The translations under genes and the position numbers were made by a program. A stretch of DNA of 64,000 nucleotides, taken from NCBI RefSeq assembly GCF_000497125.1, contig NC_090598.1, forward strand, positions 124,001 to 188,000, read 5' to 3'. Positions 1-14,087 of the stretch are shown here, in pieces. Position 1 is the stretch's first letter, and each line of letters starts with the position of its first letter. The DNA comes from Spironucleus salmonicida (lineage: Eukaryota). Under the pieces are notes generated by a model that saw nothing but the letters and a program-made list of their open reading frames with translations, did no database searches and had not been told where the DNA came from.

Positions 1-2
1 TA

Positions 3-3000
3 TTAATTAAGAAGCCTCTTTAGACATATGCTATTGCGCTTAAAAATATTACGGAATTTTGCACATCCTAAACATAGAAATCAAGTATGTAATAGTATTA
101 CGAAAGTAACTACGTACCATATGGATGTTTGTACTCTATAATTGAAGGTGGTGATTTAGTGGTTTAAACATTTGATAAGCTTGAAGATTTTGATTAATTA
201 AATAATGAATCAGCAAAAGTATAGTTTTTAGATAGAAGATATTTATTTAGTATTGGATAGGTATAGACTGGTTTGAACTGTTTATAAATAGGATTTGGTG
301 GCCATTGCATCGGTGTCGGAGATAATAGTGGTAATATGTACTGCATTTTTACTAATATTTTCAACAAATATATCGAATAAGAAATAATTGAGAGTTTGGA
401 GAAACATATTAATGGGATTTCTTATTGCTATAAATAAGATACGCTATGGAGTACAGGAAATGCTGTAATTTAGCTTAATAGAGCTGTATAATATAAAGAC
501 GAGGTTATTTCTTTATTGCCTGTAGGATCGTAAATAGACAAAAATGCTATTAATTAAGTTTTATGTGAAATAGAAGATTTTGTTTAAGTTAAAACAATAG
601 AAGAAACCAGACTACAAGCACTCGATGCTGCTGATAATATGCGTGGAGCTGATTCTAAAGCTGGAGTTTAGGCTAAAATTGATTAACTAAAATTAAGATA
701 TTAAGCTATGTTGAAAGAAAATGAATAGTAAAGCCAATCAAGAAGACTATAAGTCCATGAGATATCTCCAGATTTATAACTAACGAATGGATGGATTAAA
801 AGAGAAGAAGCCAGAGCATTTGAATTATTATAGAACGAGCTAGGAGCTGTCATGAATAGTACTATTGAAAAAATATTTAATTTATAATAAGCTTTCCCTC
901 TTATCGAGTTGCCACTTTCAGTTAGTTCTTTTTCGTCAGCTACTACTTCTGTTTAATCATTTAGATTGGTTCCATTGCCTAACGATTTTGAAAACTAACT
1001 TTGTAAAGGTTTAGGCGTAGGATCTTTATAAGAACTAGAAGAATTGTAAAATTCAACATTTGCTAACACTCTTAATTAGACAATGGATACTACGATGAGC
1101 AAGTTAAATGATACACTCGGAGATTCTATGATGTTATCAAATAATGAAGATTAATTGGCTTCATAAACAGTTAAACACAATTAAATTTAAATTAAAGCAC
1201 CAAAGTCACTTAGACCTGTTGATAAAATAGTTAAATAATTATTGAATGAATAAAAAGGAATTAAAACTGTAAATGACGATGGAGCTAGTGATTTTGATAC
1301 TAAAAAGGCTAGAATTTAGTAAAGAGCTCAATAAAGAGAAGAACGTATGTCTAGATATAGAGAAATTCTTGATAGAAAACCAGATCCAAGAAGTATCCAT
1401 CCGGATGACAGTGCTGTTATTCTATAAGCACAAAAGACTTTCGGAACTTTCCCACTTAAAATGTAGGATGATTATATTTCTATAATTTAAAAGCTATAAG
1501 AAGAATAAGAAAAAATCGCAATGTTGAATCCTTAGGATGCAATTTAGATTAATCCAGGAGAGAATAGAGAAGGAAAGTGGTTAGAATTCTTATTCACATT
1601 AAAAGGCCTTCAAGATGCAAAGAAAGAATTCAATTCTAGGGTTAGAGTGTTGTTTGCACATAAGTAAGCGGTTGTCAAGGCAGTTTCAATGTTTAAATAA
1701 GAAGCTCTTAGAATTTCAGCTCTAATCAAAGAGCTAGTTGGCCCTGCTATAGCGGATGAGTTAGATGCTATTCAGTCAGAAGAGATTAACCCTGATTATA
1801 TTATTTCGTTTATAAATCTTTATCCTGAAGAAGAGAAATTTGTTATTAAGGAAAAGATGATGACTTCTTGGAATAAATTCCTTGCAGATAAGTAAATTTT
1901 AGAGCATGTCTAATAACTTAATAATGATGAAGATAAAATCCATATATTCTTTTAGTAGCTCTAGTTAGAACTTGGTGATATTTTCAATTCTGATGAATTT
2001 AACCAGTTCTCATTAGAATTTATTAATACAACACTATCTGCAAGGATAATTACAGGCGACGAAGCTAATAGACTGAGATAACTTTTAGATTGCCCTAAAC
2101 TCACGAGAAAGGAAATTATAGCACAAGCAATTGAAGAAACTTCTACTATATTCAGCTAAGAAATGATAGAATTGCCTAAAGAAGAAAACTCTGAAGTGGC
2201 TAATAATACATCATAAGATAACTCCAGGCTAAACTCCAAAAACGAAGCCAGGTACGAAATTACACAGTCTCCAATCACTCATATTTTGCAACAAATTTTG
2301 AATTCTGAAATAGGAACTGTATAACAGTTGTAATCTTATGATTGTTTTAAATTATTAAACTTATATGCAAAATCTCCTTCTAGTAAATAAACTAAAATTC
2401 ACAATTAAAATTTAGTCAAAGTTTTGCTAAGTGTGAGAAAGCTCATTTACTTCAAAATAGCTTCTTTAGCTAAGACTTTCGACGAATGTTTACTAGAAAT
2501 ATGTTCCCAATAGCTATTTTTGTAAACTGATTTTTGCAGAATAAGAATACGATTAATTAACTTATTTTAAGAATGTGAAATCCACCATTTGTATGTTACA
2601 AAAGATGCTAAAAGTCTCAATAATTTAGATAAATGTAGAACAGACCATTTAGAGCTAAGTAAGTAAATGGAGGTATTATAGAAAGATATTTTAGCAAAAA
2701 TAATAGAAGCTAAAGGAGTTTCAGTTCAATTAGCAACTTTATAAGGACAATTTGATCAAAATATATCGAAAGAGTTTACTTTTAGGACAAAACTGCTCAA
2801 ATTATATAGCAAAAAATTCAAGCCTCCAAAGGTTAAAAAATAATCTATAGAGTAAGAGTCAAAATAAGACACAGGATTGGACGAATTTTACGATGATGAA
2901 GATGAGTCATCGTAGTTATCAAATTTATCAGAAGATGATGGTGGTGATGATGAAATTATTGACGAAACTGTGCCTCCTGAAGGTGTTTCATAAGAAATGT

Positions 3001-3875
3001 TCCAGTTTGTGCTTACTTTACGCGATTAAAAGCGTTTGTGCGATTTGCAGTTGCTCCAAATTCAATAATAAGCGGACTAGCTTAAATAGCAACATTAGCA
3101 GTTGTAAAAGCGTGAAAAATCTGTCTTATAATCGATTGACTCAGCGAACAGAGAGCTCACGTCGTTCCGCTCGAACAAACAAAAAGAGCTAAATGCTATT
3201 TAATCGAGTTCTTTAATAACAATATCCTAATATTGTTCTTTGCTAGAAAACAATCAAATAAACCAGAACTTGGATTAGTCGCTTATTTTCGATTAGTCAT
3301 AACTGGATAAAATCTACAAAAGAATCGAGAAAAGAGGCCTCGAAATCGCGGCTCTATAAAAAATTGGCCTGTAATTAAAATAATAATATGCAGTTTCTCT
3401 GGCTTAGGAGCGGGAAGAAGAAAAATAACTGGAGGTGTTAAATTAAAAACTAGTTGCTGTGCAGAATTTAAAATTCGGGCGTACAGTAGATATTGCTAAA
3501 TTAGACGGTATTGCTATTAATGACTAGGCAATGGAAATGTAGAAAGTTATTGATGTTGAAGATAAAGGACATCAGAAAATGCTGTTTAGGAAAGATAGAT
3601 AATTTGACCAACAAAAGGAAGACTTTAAACTTGTTGTGCAAGAGAATACTAAGTTGGTTTAGGAGTTAAGCAGGTTGGAGCAAGAGGCGCTAGATTTGGA
3701 CAGGGTCATCATTTAGGGCTAAAAGCAACCTCCAAAAGCATGGTGTTCAGACAACAAACAGGAATTGGTTCGGTAGGAGTATAATAATCTTAAATAAGCA
3801 ATTGTCGATCGTGAACGTGAGCTGAGAGGATTAGTTGATGAGATTTCGTTGCTTAAGAACCATGGTAGTCAGTGA
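3..3875 (+). CDS. CFAP44: Cilia- and flagella-associated protein 44 (WDR52)-like, 5'-truncated by the window edge
   Basis: Frame open under TAR=Gln where sampled, ending CAG TGA. WD40-like start followed by long coiled coils. Segments FTFRTKLLKLYSKKFK, acidic tract then DETVPPEGVSQEMFQFVLTLRDQKRL, and LKFGRTVDI recall the CFAP44 C-terminus. Confidence 0.75.
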
Positions 3876-3983
3876 CATGACGTAATTTTCAGTTAAAAAA
3901 TTCTGACAAAATGTATTTTTAGACTTTTAGTATTAGTAGTATTATAAATAGTATAATATAATTTAACTTAAATTATATTAAAA

Positions 3984-6506
3984 ATGTTAACAGAAGAAGA
4001 GTTAGACAAAGAGTTAACCACTAATATAGATTATTTATCATTCTCTATAACAACCATTAACGTTGAATCTAGACAGAGAGCTAATTAGTTTTTCAAAGAC
4101 GTACTTAGTTTGGTCTAAACTGATTTCCAACACGCCAAATTGTTTAAAAATTTGCAGAAAAGTTTACAGAAAACCGAAAAAATTACTCAAGCTTCATAAA
4201 TAAAAGATACTGCTGAAGAGAGTTCAAATTCTGATGTTTTTAGTAGTGATGATGATAATATAGATGAAGACGATGAATTTGCAGTTGAAGGTGTGCAACT
4301 GTAAAGCCAAACCATGTGTGTGTTGCAGTAACTCTAAAATTATTCTAGTAAGAGTAAATAGGCTGCTGGATAGGCTGAGTTATTGAAAAATTTGATTTAA
4401 TAAAAAAATGAACGTATTTAATAATTATAGATGGAGCTAGATTTATCATAGGCATAATATTCTTCGTTAGAAGCAGAAAAATTAGGATACATATTAGATA
4501 TGTCCATTCATGAAGACAAGGTATGTTAACTTTAGGTAAAGGTTTAAGAGTTGTAGGAAGAAATTAAAAACAAGAAATTAAAAATAGATTTATCTGTAAA
4601 TGCTTCTTCTTCGATACCGGGCGGTATGCCTCCTCCTCCACCTCCTGGCGGTATGCCTCCTCCTCCACCTCCTGGCGGTATGCCTCCTCCTCCACCTCCT
4701 GGCGGTATGCCTCCTCCTCCACCTCCTGGCGGTATGCCTCCTCCTCCACCTCCTGGCGGTATGCTTCCTCCTCCACCTCCTGGCGGTATGCCTCCTCCTC
4801 CACCTCCTGGCGGTATGCCTCCTCCTCCACCTCCTGGCGGTATGCCTCCTCCTCCACCTCCTGGCGGTATGCCTCCTCCTCCACCTCCTGGCGGTATGCC
4901 TCCTCCTCCACCTCCTGGCGGTATGCCTCCTCCTCCACCTCCTGGCGGTATGCTTCCTCCTCCACCTCCTGGCGGTATGCTTCCTCCTCCACCTCCTGGC
5001 GGTATGCTTCCTCCTCCACCTCCTGGCGGTATGCCTCCTCCTCCACCTCCTGGCGGTATGCTTCCTCCTCCACCTCCTGGCGGTATGCCTCCTCCTCCAC
5101 CTCCTGGCGGTATGCCTCCTCCTCCACCTCCTGGCGGTATGCTTCCTCCTCCACCTCCTGGCGGTATGCCTCCTCCTCCACCTCCTGGCGGTATGCCTCC
5201 TCCTCCACCTCCTGGCGGTATGCCTCCTCCTCCACCTCCTGGCGGTATGCTTCCTCCTCCACCTCCTGGCGGTATGCTTCCTCCTCCACCTCCTGGCGGT
5301 ATGCCTCCTCCTCCACCTCCTGGCGGTATGCCTCCGCCGCCAGGTACATTTTTAGGTGGTTAATAGGCTCCAAGTTAATAACAATAATATTAATAACCAC
5401 AGTAAGTTACTTTTAACTCTCCAATAATTAAACTTTAACTTAAATCATTTTTCTGGGATAAATTAAAGCCTATGGATATAAAACCAAATTCTATCTGGAA
5501 AGAACTTGGACTGAAGGATATAACTCTAGATGCATAATTAATTGATGAAGTATGTTAATATTTTGAAAATAAGTAACAATAAACTGTCCAACAAGTTGTG
5601 GCCTCACCGATAAAACCGAAGCTTATATCTATTCTTGACGATAAATTATCTAATAAAATAGAGATTATTCTTTAAAAGTTTAAATTAAATCCAAATTAGG
5701 TACGTGACTAAATTCTTACAATGTAAGTACCTTCAGACCAAGTTTCGCTCATTTTATCAACAATTCCAGCGCCAGAAGTTATAGAACAGGTATTAAATGC
5801 CCTAAATGACGAACCGGATCTAGATAAATATGCTATCGGCGAACGCTACATGGCAGTGTTAGGCGTGATCCCACGTTTACGGGCTAGAATGCTTAATTTA
5901 GAGCTCTCAATGGAGTTTGAAGTTGATCTTAATACCTCAATTCAAGCCTACCAGCGCTTAGTTAGCTTCTTCTAATTTTTCAAGAAAAACGCTTCTTTTA
6001 AGAACTACCTGTTAACGATGAGAACGCTTGGAAACCTCATCAACTACAGCAACGCCTCACGAGGAGGTGCTGCTGGTTTCAGAATCAAGTCTTTAGTGAA
6101 ATTCTACGAACTGAAAGGCCAAGACAAGACGCTGCTCCACTGGGTCAATAGCGTCCAGGAGCCAGAGTTTTACAAAGAGCTAAAAGAGCTCTGCAGTGCT
6201 ATCGCAAAGGACGATATTTCAGAGCTCAAAAAGGAATTCGAGAACATTTTGCGGAATTTCAACCAAATCTGCGAGAGCCAGGCGGTGATTCCAAGTCCTC
6301 TGCAGGGAGACCGCTATGCCGGATTCGCCGCCGCGTTCGACCGTAAGTATAGCTAGGTGGTGAGTGATGCGAAAACTGGCTGGGACTAGCTTGATTTGCT
6401 GATTCGGGAGGCACAGGCCGGCTTTTAGGATATTGGGAAGGTAGAGGATTTCTGCAAATCAATAATTTAGTTTGTGGATGTGATAGGGAAAACGGTCAAG
6501 AAGTGA
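3984..6506 (+). CDS. Formin (coiled coil + FH1 polyproline + FH2), ~840 aa
   Basis: ATG 3984 is in frame with the (MPPPPPPGG)n tract. FH2 signatures follow: LKSFFWDKLKP..IKPNSIW, ERYMAVLGVIPRLRARM, GNLINYSNASRGGAAGFRIKSLVKF, KTLLHWV. Ends AAG TGA. Confidence 0.92.
4618..5343 (+). repeat. 27-bp tandem repeat (26 full units plus a partial unit) encoding the formin FH1 domain
   Basis: Unit ATGC(C/T)TCCTCCTCCACCTCCTGGCGGT repeated directly with no spacers. Confidence 0.97.
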
Positions 6507-6521
6507 TAAAATGCGTTCGAC

Positions 6522-6743
6522 TCAGAGAATCAGTTTGTATATTCCAACTAGGAAACATGCCAACGAGATTACGTAGTGCAGCCTGATGCCAAGCACGGCC
6601 GCTTTGTAAAACGTTCCTCGGGCTCCAGTTTTTTCTTTCAGGATAAAGTTTTTAAGCTTTGGTATTCTGGCAACATATGATGCAGTGCAAATGAAGAGTA
6701 GGGCAAATATAATGAAGCCTTCAAACGTCCAAACCGTTACCAT
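6522..6743 (-). CDS. Protein kish (TMEM167 family)
   Basis: 73 aa with F.G....LLFICT..Y..IP...EKTG..G.FYKAA..G.RL...SLAC pattern typical of kish/TMEM167. Confidence 0.88.
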   Translation of the reverse strand: MVTVWTFEGFIIFALLFICTASYVARIPKLKNFILKEKTGARGTFYKAAVLGIRLHYVISLACFLVGIYKLIL

Positions 6744-6803
6744 TTTAAAAATAATATACTATATTATATATAATAAATATCATGAATAGTTTACTTCCGA
6801 TTA

Positions 6804-6980
6804 ATGTAAAACTAGCTTGAGTCCGTTTCTTATTTGTGTAATAATTGTGGGTATGAAGTTATCTTGAGGTTATCTAATTAAAATCATATTACCCCAGAAT
6901 AAGTTAAGTGCTAAATGTGTAAGAAAACAATTTTATTCAAGAAAAGAACAAATTGTACTGATATGATTGACTGCAGATGA
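6804..6980 (+). CDS. RPB12: RNA polymerase I/II/III shared subunit RPABC4 (Rpb12)-like zinc ribbon
   Basis: 58 aa under TAR=Gln: VSYLCNNCGYEV...VKCQMCKKTILFKKRT...DCR, with two CxxC motifs and the ILxKKRT signature. Confidence 0.85.
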
Positions 6981-7149
6981 TACCATCCTGATATTTTATT
7001 TTTGATTTATCGATAGTCTATCTATTTGAAGAATAGATGCATATATTTCTTAAGATAATCTTAATGTAAGTTAATAATTTTAAATAAATATGAGACTGAT
7101 ATTATAATGTTATATAATGTATAATTTATCCACTCCAAAATAACCGCAA

Positions 7150-7647
7150 ATGCCAAAGCAACATCATATCAAAAGACCTCTTACATAAGAATAACGGAAT
7201 GAATTGGTAGAAGCGTTTCTTTTATTCGTAGATTCACCAAAAATATTTGATTAAATTACTTAACAGTATAATGTTGCTGGTTATATTACAGCTAGAGAAT
7301 TAAAAGTTGTTTTACGAGCGCTCGGGTTTGAACCTACTCGTGAAGAGATAAAAGCACTCATAGCTACTTAAGATGCAGGATCTGGCTAATTATAGTTATA
7401 GGGATTTTTGAACATTATTGAGAACAAACTCTCAACTTAAGATTCTAAAGAAGAAATGTTAAAAGCATTTAGAATATTCGATACATAAGACAAAGGAAGA
7501 ATTAGCATAGACGATTTAAAAAGGATAGCCGCAGAATTAGGAGTCTAACTGGATGAATTAGATCTTTAAGAGATGATAGATGAAGCTGACAGGGATTGTG
7601 ATGGTTTAGTTAATGAGGAAGAATTTTATAGGGTTCAGAAGAAATGA
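7150..7647 (+). CDS. Centrin (EF-hand protein), first EF-hand atypical
   Basis: [65 protein letters not shown]. Confidence 0.9.
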
Positions 7648-7676
7648 TTATTGCATTATTATAAATCAATCTTTGG

Positions 7677-8414
7677 TCACTCAATACCTAACTTAGTTCT
7701 TAGTAACTAATTTTCATTAGTAATATTTTCCATATCTTCATTATATGTTTTTTTAACATGTGTAATTGCTTCCGCTAAGACAGCCTCATTTAGGTTATTA
7801 TTACCTGGTTTTTCTAATCTAATTTAATAAATATCAAAATATAAGTCTCTAATCTTATTTTCCAAAACGCTCCCAATTTTTGAATTTTTAGAGTTCTCAA
7901 CAACTGTTTCATCTTAATTCTTACGTAATCTTTCATTCATAACCTTAAGTCCATCTATTTCTAAAATTAAACGTCGTTTAGCATGTTCAGAAATATCTAA
8001 CTTTGCGACTACATCATCATAAATCCTTATTTATTTTTTAAGTTGAGTTTCTTAATATTATAATTATGCATTTAACTGACGTACTTCTGCGTTAAGATTT
8101 AACTAGTCAATAATAAGTTATTTGTTTTCTTTTTATGATTGTTTTTAAATATCTTCGAATCTTTTTTCACGGAGTGAGAAATCTTAACGCATTCTAGTAA
8201 TTTCTTATTCTAATTAAGAAGATTCTTACTGCTTCTTATTTAAAGCATGAATAGCTTCTAAAATAATACTAGAATCTTCAGAAGAAACATTAAGATTGAC
8301 TCCACGATTTATTGTGGCTTGTAAAAATAAATTAAGATCTCTTGTAGGATCTGAGTCTGATTTTGAGAATAGTAAAGATGCTGCATTATAATCATCCAGT
8401 GAGACGAAATCCAT
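7677..8414 (-). CDS. Hypothetical coiled-coil protein (245 aa)
   Basis: ORF-track ATG at 8414 extended through TAR codons to GAG TGA at 7677; Q/E/K-rich. Confidence 0.7.
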
Positions 8415-8574
8415 TTACGAAATTATGGATTAAATTATAAATAACGAAATATTATATTAATATCTCAATACACAAAAATATTATCATTTATTTTTATATA
8501 TTTATATTTATACTTTAAGTCATAAATATAGTTATATAATATTTCATACCTGTATACTTTCCATAATTTACTAA

Positions 8575-10161
8575 ATGATGATACTTACTAATTTGTTAGC
8601 TCTTTCAGTTTGTGATGTGGCTAAATTATCTTCTCCAGACCCATCAGTTGTATTTTAAATTAATACAATATGCATACCTATTTCTGTCTTGATACTTAAA
8701 AATGTTCAAATGGTAGTTAATTTAAGCCAATTTACAAGCTTCTAAGGAATGATTGCATAAAGTTCTTAGTAAGTATAATTAACTAATGTAACAATTTAAT
8801 TTAATGGTAGAATATCGTAAAAGGTCCCATTTTATGGTTTTTCAAATGGTTAAATTGTATAATCGTAAATATCTAATACAAGTTTTAGATATAATGCAAC
8901 TATTATAGCTACTTCTATAAATTTAATTTCATTGAGTTTATCAGGTTCCTTAAATTTAAATAACAATACTGTTTAAGGGAGTCTGATGGCAACTTGTACT
9001 GGAACATTACCATTGCTGACCTTATTTACTTAAATGTTGGGTTCATCTTTTATGTAATATGCTAGTAGATTAGATCTATAAACTAATTGTGGATATAATT
9101 TGTTTTCACCTTCTGTTTTTTAATCTTAATTCACAAATGTAGCTCTATTTGATAAAATTCAAGTATTAGCTGGTGGATCTGTTGTGTTGAACATAGATGC
9201 GTAATCTACTATTACTTAATTCGTTAATTAACAATCTATCAATACATAGGCAACATCAATTTCTTATTAGGTAACATAAAACGGAGGGTAGTTTACTAAT
9301 TATGTATAAAACTTATAAACTGAAGGACCAGTAGTTATAAATTTAGACTCTAGTGTAACACCTTTAACGGCAGAATAAATATAATTATAACCGTGGATTG
9401 CAAACTCATTTGCGTAAGTTACCCCATCTACATTATTTTATTTAAACGGAACTATGCCATTTCCAATATATGTTTTTACTACAGCATTATTTAGTAAGAT
9501 CAACAGAGTTAATTTTAATAGAGATACTTTGTGCAATTCTTGCATAGAAGCGTAATAATGTTCTTTAACGTAGACTTCTACTGAACCATTGTGGACAAAC
9601 TTTGAATTGGTAATTATAACAACTTTTAATTGCTAGTGTAGCGCTGGTCTCACAGGTGAAATCTGTAATTTAAAAGCAACGGTTCTATCGCTCACTGCAA
9701 TTATTTTGATCGTAATAATTGTTATTTTATTAATTATTATTGCTATACTGGTTATATTCTTAGTGATATTTAAGAAGACCCCTAAATAACCAAATAATGA
9801 TATAGAAAGCAGAACTAATTCTGCATTACTAAAATCTGGATTAAAGTAGCATCGTTCTATTACGCCAGCTAGTGTTGTTGGAGCACCTAGTGTTTTAGAC
9901 GATTAAAGAATCAGCAACTTAAGTGGAGCTGTAACTCCAGGATAATATAGATCTTCAGTTGATCCACCAAAATCTATCTAAATTAAAGCGCCAAGTCAAT
10001 AAAAAACTATTTAAGATGTTAACTCACCATTCTCTATAACTGGATATTCTAAAAAACAATGGAAATCAGGGCTAGATGCTAATGATCCTTCAATCGAAGA
10101 CACATAGGATAGTTAATTAGTTGATGATGAGGCACCAGCGGTAAATTTAAAGGAAATCTGA
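8575..10161 (+). CDS. Type I membrane/surface protein with juxtamembrane EGF-like motif
   Basis: Signal-peptide-like start MMILTNLLALSVC; CQCSAGLTGEIC immediately before a long hydrophobic helix (AIILIVIIVILLIIIAILVIFLVIF) followed by KK; S/P-rich cytoplasmic tail. Confidence 0.8.
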
Positions 10162-10187
10162 TTATATTTAAATATTATTTATAAATA

Positions 10188-11381
10188 ATGAACTATTAAA
10201 TCAAATAAAATGAAGACGATACTATGACTCTCATCATTCCAAGTTTGCATAATAGATAAATATAAACCCCAATTTATCTTAAACTGCATTTAGTTTTTCA
10301 ATTTTTAATAATTAAGATAAAAGAGTATGATGACACCTAATTCATCGATTTCTCGTTATCTAATACTTGCCAGCATAATTTTCCTGGTATTATTATTGAC
10401 GCATAAGATTTGCATTCTTTTAAAGTATTAGAAAATTAGTTTTTGCATATCTACTCTTTCATTTCCTCAGAAATCGCCCATTTTATCGGGCCACACCCAT
10501 TTTCAAATGTTATTAATCTTGACTTAGCATTTAGGTTGTAAAATCCTATATCATATTTTTTTATTCCTACACGTGCAGGTGGAAATATTGCTTTATTTAA
10601 GAAAGTTTTCTTAAAAGATGATCCATTATAAAGTTATATTGATATTAATTGTGCTGTAAATTTATTATCAACATCTGCAGGAACAAATAAACGGAAAACT
10701 CGCAAGATAGTTTCATTTTTGCGGTAGAAGCTCAGCTTTACTAGTGAAACTAAAGAGTTTTATAATTATCTGAAGAATAATGCAAACTTTATAGAAAATA
10801 AGCAGTTTTAATCATTTTTTAACAAATATTTTACCTAGATAAATAATGAATTATCTAGTGAAATATTTATAGAAATATTTGAATCTAATGAAGGCTCAGA
10901 TGATGCTGAATTAGTTAACTTTTCATCTAAATGTGAAAAATAAATATTATTTTTGAATTTTAGAATAATGCTTTGTTAGATAATAGGATTTTAAGATTTT
11001 CAATATGAAAAGTTTACTTCAGGGTGTTATAACATGTTGCAAATTAAGTAATTTTCTGTGATAGCCAAACTTGGTAAGATTAATATTTAATAGAATAGTG
11101 GGTGTTTAAATGTTTAAAATATAAATATTAATAGAGACATTGATATTGACTTTAAAAATAAAATTGCGTAATATCCAAGATTTAAGAATATGAGGTTCTA
11201 TAGATAAATTAAGGAATAACCAAAATATGTTTCTAGCAAACTTCCTAACTATGCATATATACATGAGCATGAGGTTTTTAAAATTAATTTCGAGTTTTAA
11301 GGATTTGTTAATTTTGAGAGTGTTAATAAGCTTGTTTTAAAAAATGCTAACTTATCTAACTATAGTTTTATAAAAAAATGA
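10188..11381 (+). CDS. Hypothetical protein (~397 aa)
   Basis: Long ATG-to-TGA frame under TAR=Gln, read at both ends; no motif recognised. Confidence 0.55.
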
Positions 11382-11770
11382 TAATCCTAACACGCTAAAA
11401 TAAAATAACAAATTCATTATTCATCTATTATATGGTTTATAATTGTAATGTAATGCAAAAAGTTTATTAGTGTTGCTATAAAATTATTTATTTATAAAAT
11501 TAACAATTTCTTCTCTTAACATCTTCTAAACTAGTTGATAGAATTGTATAAATTAATATATAATATCATTTTTTTCTTGATGTACGTGTTATTAATTTAC
11601 TGTAGTTTGCAAAGTAATACCTTCGCATATTATCATGCTTACAATTATGCTGTTAAAAATTTTCACACTGATATTTGTTATTTCATATATTATAATAAAT
11701 TAATATTTTTTAATAAGTAACTTATTTTAATATTATTATATATTATATACCACTTTATATTTTCCCAGAA

Positions 11771-14071
11771 ATGAAAAAATAAGATGCACCTTAGTCACAA
11801 TTCCTTAAATTGAGCTCAGATATCTTCTAAACACCGTTTACATCTATTTTAGTGTTATAGACTACTCTTCATGAACTTCTTACAATGCTTTAGACTCCTT
11901 CCTTACAAGACTTCATATTGTAATTCCTAGACGATATTCCATCCCCAATCTCTAAGATATAGAGTACTTCTTTCATAGAAATATCTTAGATTTCACTCTT
12001 AACTTTAGGTAAAAAGCCAGCTTTTAACTAGTCAAAAAGATATTATATAGCGCTTGCAAACCGAGTAGTAGCTATATTTATAAAAGTGCGTGAAATTCTT
12101 TAGTAAACCCTCAACGATGAACTTTCATAGAAATAAACAACACTAATCCACCTATCTTGGAATTATGCTTTATACTAAAACTTTCTCAGTGAAAACGCAT
12201 ATGGCGACTAATTTTTGGGTCTTAGAGACATTATTTTGATGATTTTTGGTAGTGTTCCAAATTAATTTGAACTATGTGACTTCAACAAACGTTTAGGGTA
12301 ATTTCTTCTAAAATGGAGATATATTTTATCACGAATATTTAATGAAAAAATTCGTTTTATAGAACTTGTAAACAAACTTTTGGATACTAATTAGTTAAAG
12401 TAAATTGAATTCAACCAAATACATTAATCATAATCGCAAATTTTAAAGTATTTTGATTTTAACGAAGTGCGAGACCTTTGTGAAATGGTATTGATTTATG
12501 TCATGCCATTAAAGTAACTTTGTTTTTTGAATGCTCTGGATTTTTTAAAATCATTTATAGATTAAGCTAAAACATAATTAGAAAAACTAATAACCACTGA
12601 AGGTTCATTGGACCACCTTTTAACCCTTTCTATCTCTTCAGATTTAAGAAGATATTTATAAAATGTTCAATCAATCACTGAGCCTGAAATGTATTCAATA
12701 TTACTTAACTTGATGCTTAATGGTAAGATTCTGTTCTTTGATGAACAGACGTTTTTAGACAATATATAACTTTTTCAGGTAAATATCAATGAATTAATCG
12801 AAGGTGAACCTCAATTTGCCGATGTTTAGGGGAAATCAATAGAATAAATCCTCAATTTTTTCTTAAACTTCTAGGATTTTATAGATATTTAGGTAAATTC
12901 AAGTAAAAAAATTATCAGAACATCACTATAAAGCAAATAAATCAGAAAATTACTCAATTAAGAGTTTTCCTCTTATTCTGGAGCCAATATTTTCGATGCA
13001 TTTTTCGATTTAATTTATAAATTCTATGCTAAACTTTCAGTCTTATGTCCAAATACTTAATTTTCGATTATTTATGGTTTAAAGAACTATATGTAAAAAT
13101 TAACTGGGAAACACTATAATTTATCGAAAAACACAAAACATTAAAATCAGATTAACGACGATATAATGATAATGGAGTAAAAATAACCGAATTTCTTATC
13201 TTAGGAGAGTCAGATTAACAATTTTGGAAAAATTTTCGAGTCAGAAGCTGATTTTTCAAACTATGTAAAACAAATATAAGCAGAAACTCTCGAAATAGAA
13301 ACGAATTTTGAACTTATTTAAAGCTAAATTGGTGTATTTTCTACATAGCTGAAAAGTTATGCCAACCAAAACTAAATTGAAAAATTTGATTAAATTTCTT
13401 CTAAAAATACTCTGGAAAGTTAAATCAAAGCCAGTGAATATCTGTTGACCATGATGAAAAAATCAACAGATTAAGAGCAAATAGATGTTTTCCGGGTGGT
13501 AAAATACTTCGAAAATATGGTAAAATTGGACGAATGGAAGAACTACGATGAGGAGGAAATCTGTGCTATTGAAGAGATAATTGCAGAGTTTGAATTTAAA
13601 ACTGTAAATGGCGTTGTCAAATCAACCAATGACAGTTTAATTCATATTCTCAAAGAGGTGTTAGGTGGAATTCGTATTAATTTAGAGGGATAGGAGCACA
13701 GTATTTAGGAACGAATTACTTGGCTAGATAACATTAGGGATGAATATTATTTAGCCAAAACTATTCCACTGCATTAATTTGAGAAGATTGATTTGTTATG
13801 CAAGATATGGGCAGGTAACTTTAAGACTGTTTTTACTGCAGGATAAATGGTGGATTTAGGCAAAGAGAGGTCAGTCAAGTTTAAGTTTGAGTAGCTGGAT
13901 CATTTATTATAAAGACTTAAGGATGATTCGCAGGAGTTAATGAAATAAAATGATGAGGCTGAAAGAAGTTTGTTTTATGTGTTGTGTGTACTTATTCTAT
14001 TGAATTTTGAGTATGAATATGCGACTAATGGTTTGATTATATTATTAAATGGAGAATTTATAGATTTATGA
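11771..14071 (+). CDS. Hypothetical protein (~766 aa)
   Basis: ATG 11771 is in frame with ORF-track fragment 13496-13693; the TGA overlaps a downstream AGTGA. Confidence 0.7.
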
Positions 14072-14087
14072 GTGATATAAACATTCA

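Noticed and set aside
4564-5400. (EEEAYRQEV)n and (LLLHLLAVC)n ORFs, or a CRISPR array
   Set aside because: Alternative frames of the formin FH1 repeat. Units are contiguous with no unique spacers, so not CRISPR.
6977-7100. Possible small ncRNA (ATGATA...CTGA boxes, U-rich tract, 7-bp hairpin at 7020-7038)
   Set aside because: Motifs are short and expected by chance in AT-rich DNA; no guide complementarity identified.
11421-11636. 71-aa minus-strand ORF under table 6
   Set aside because: Short, no motif, and ORFs of this size arise easily with a single stop codon.
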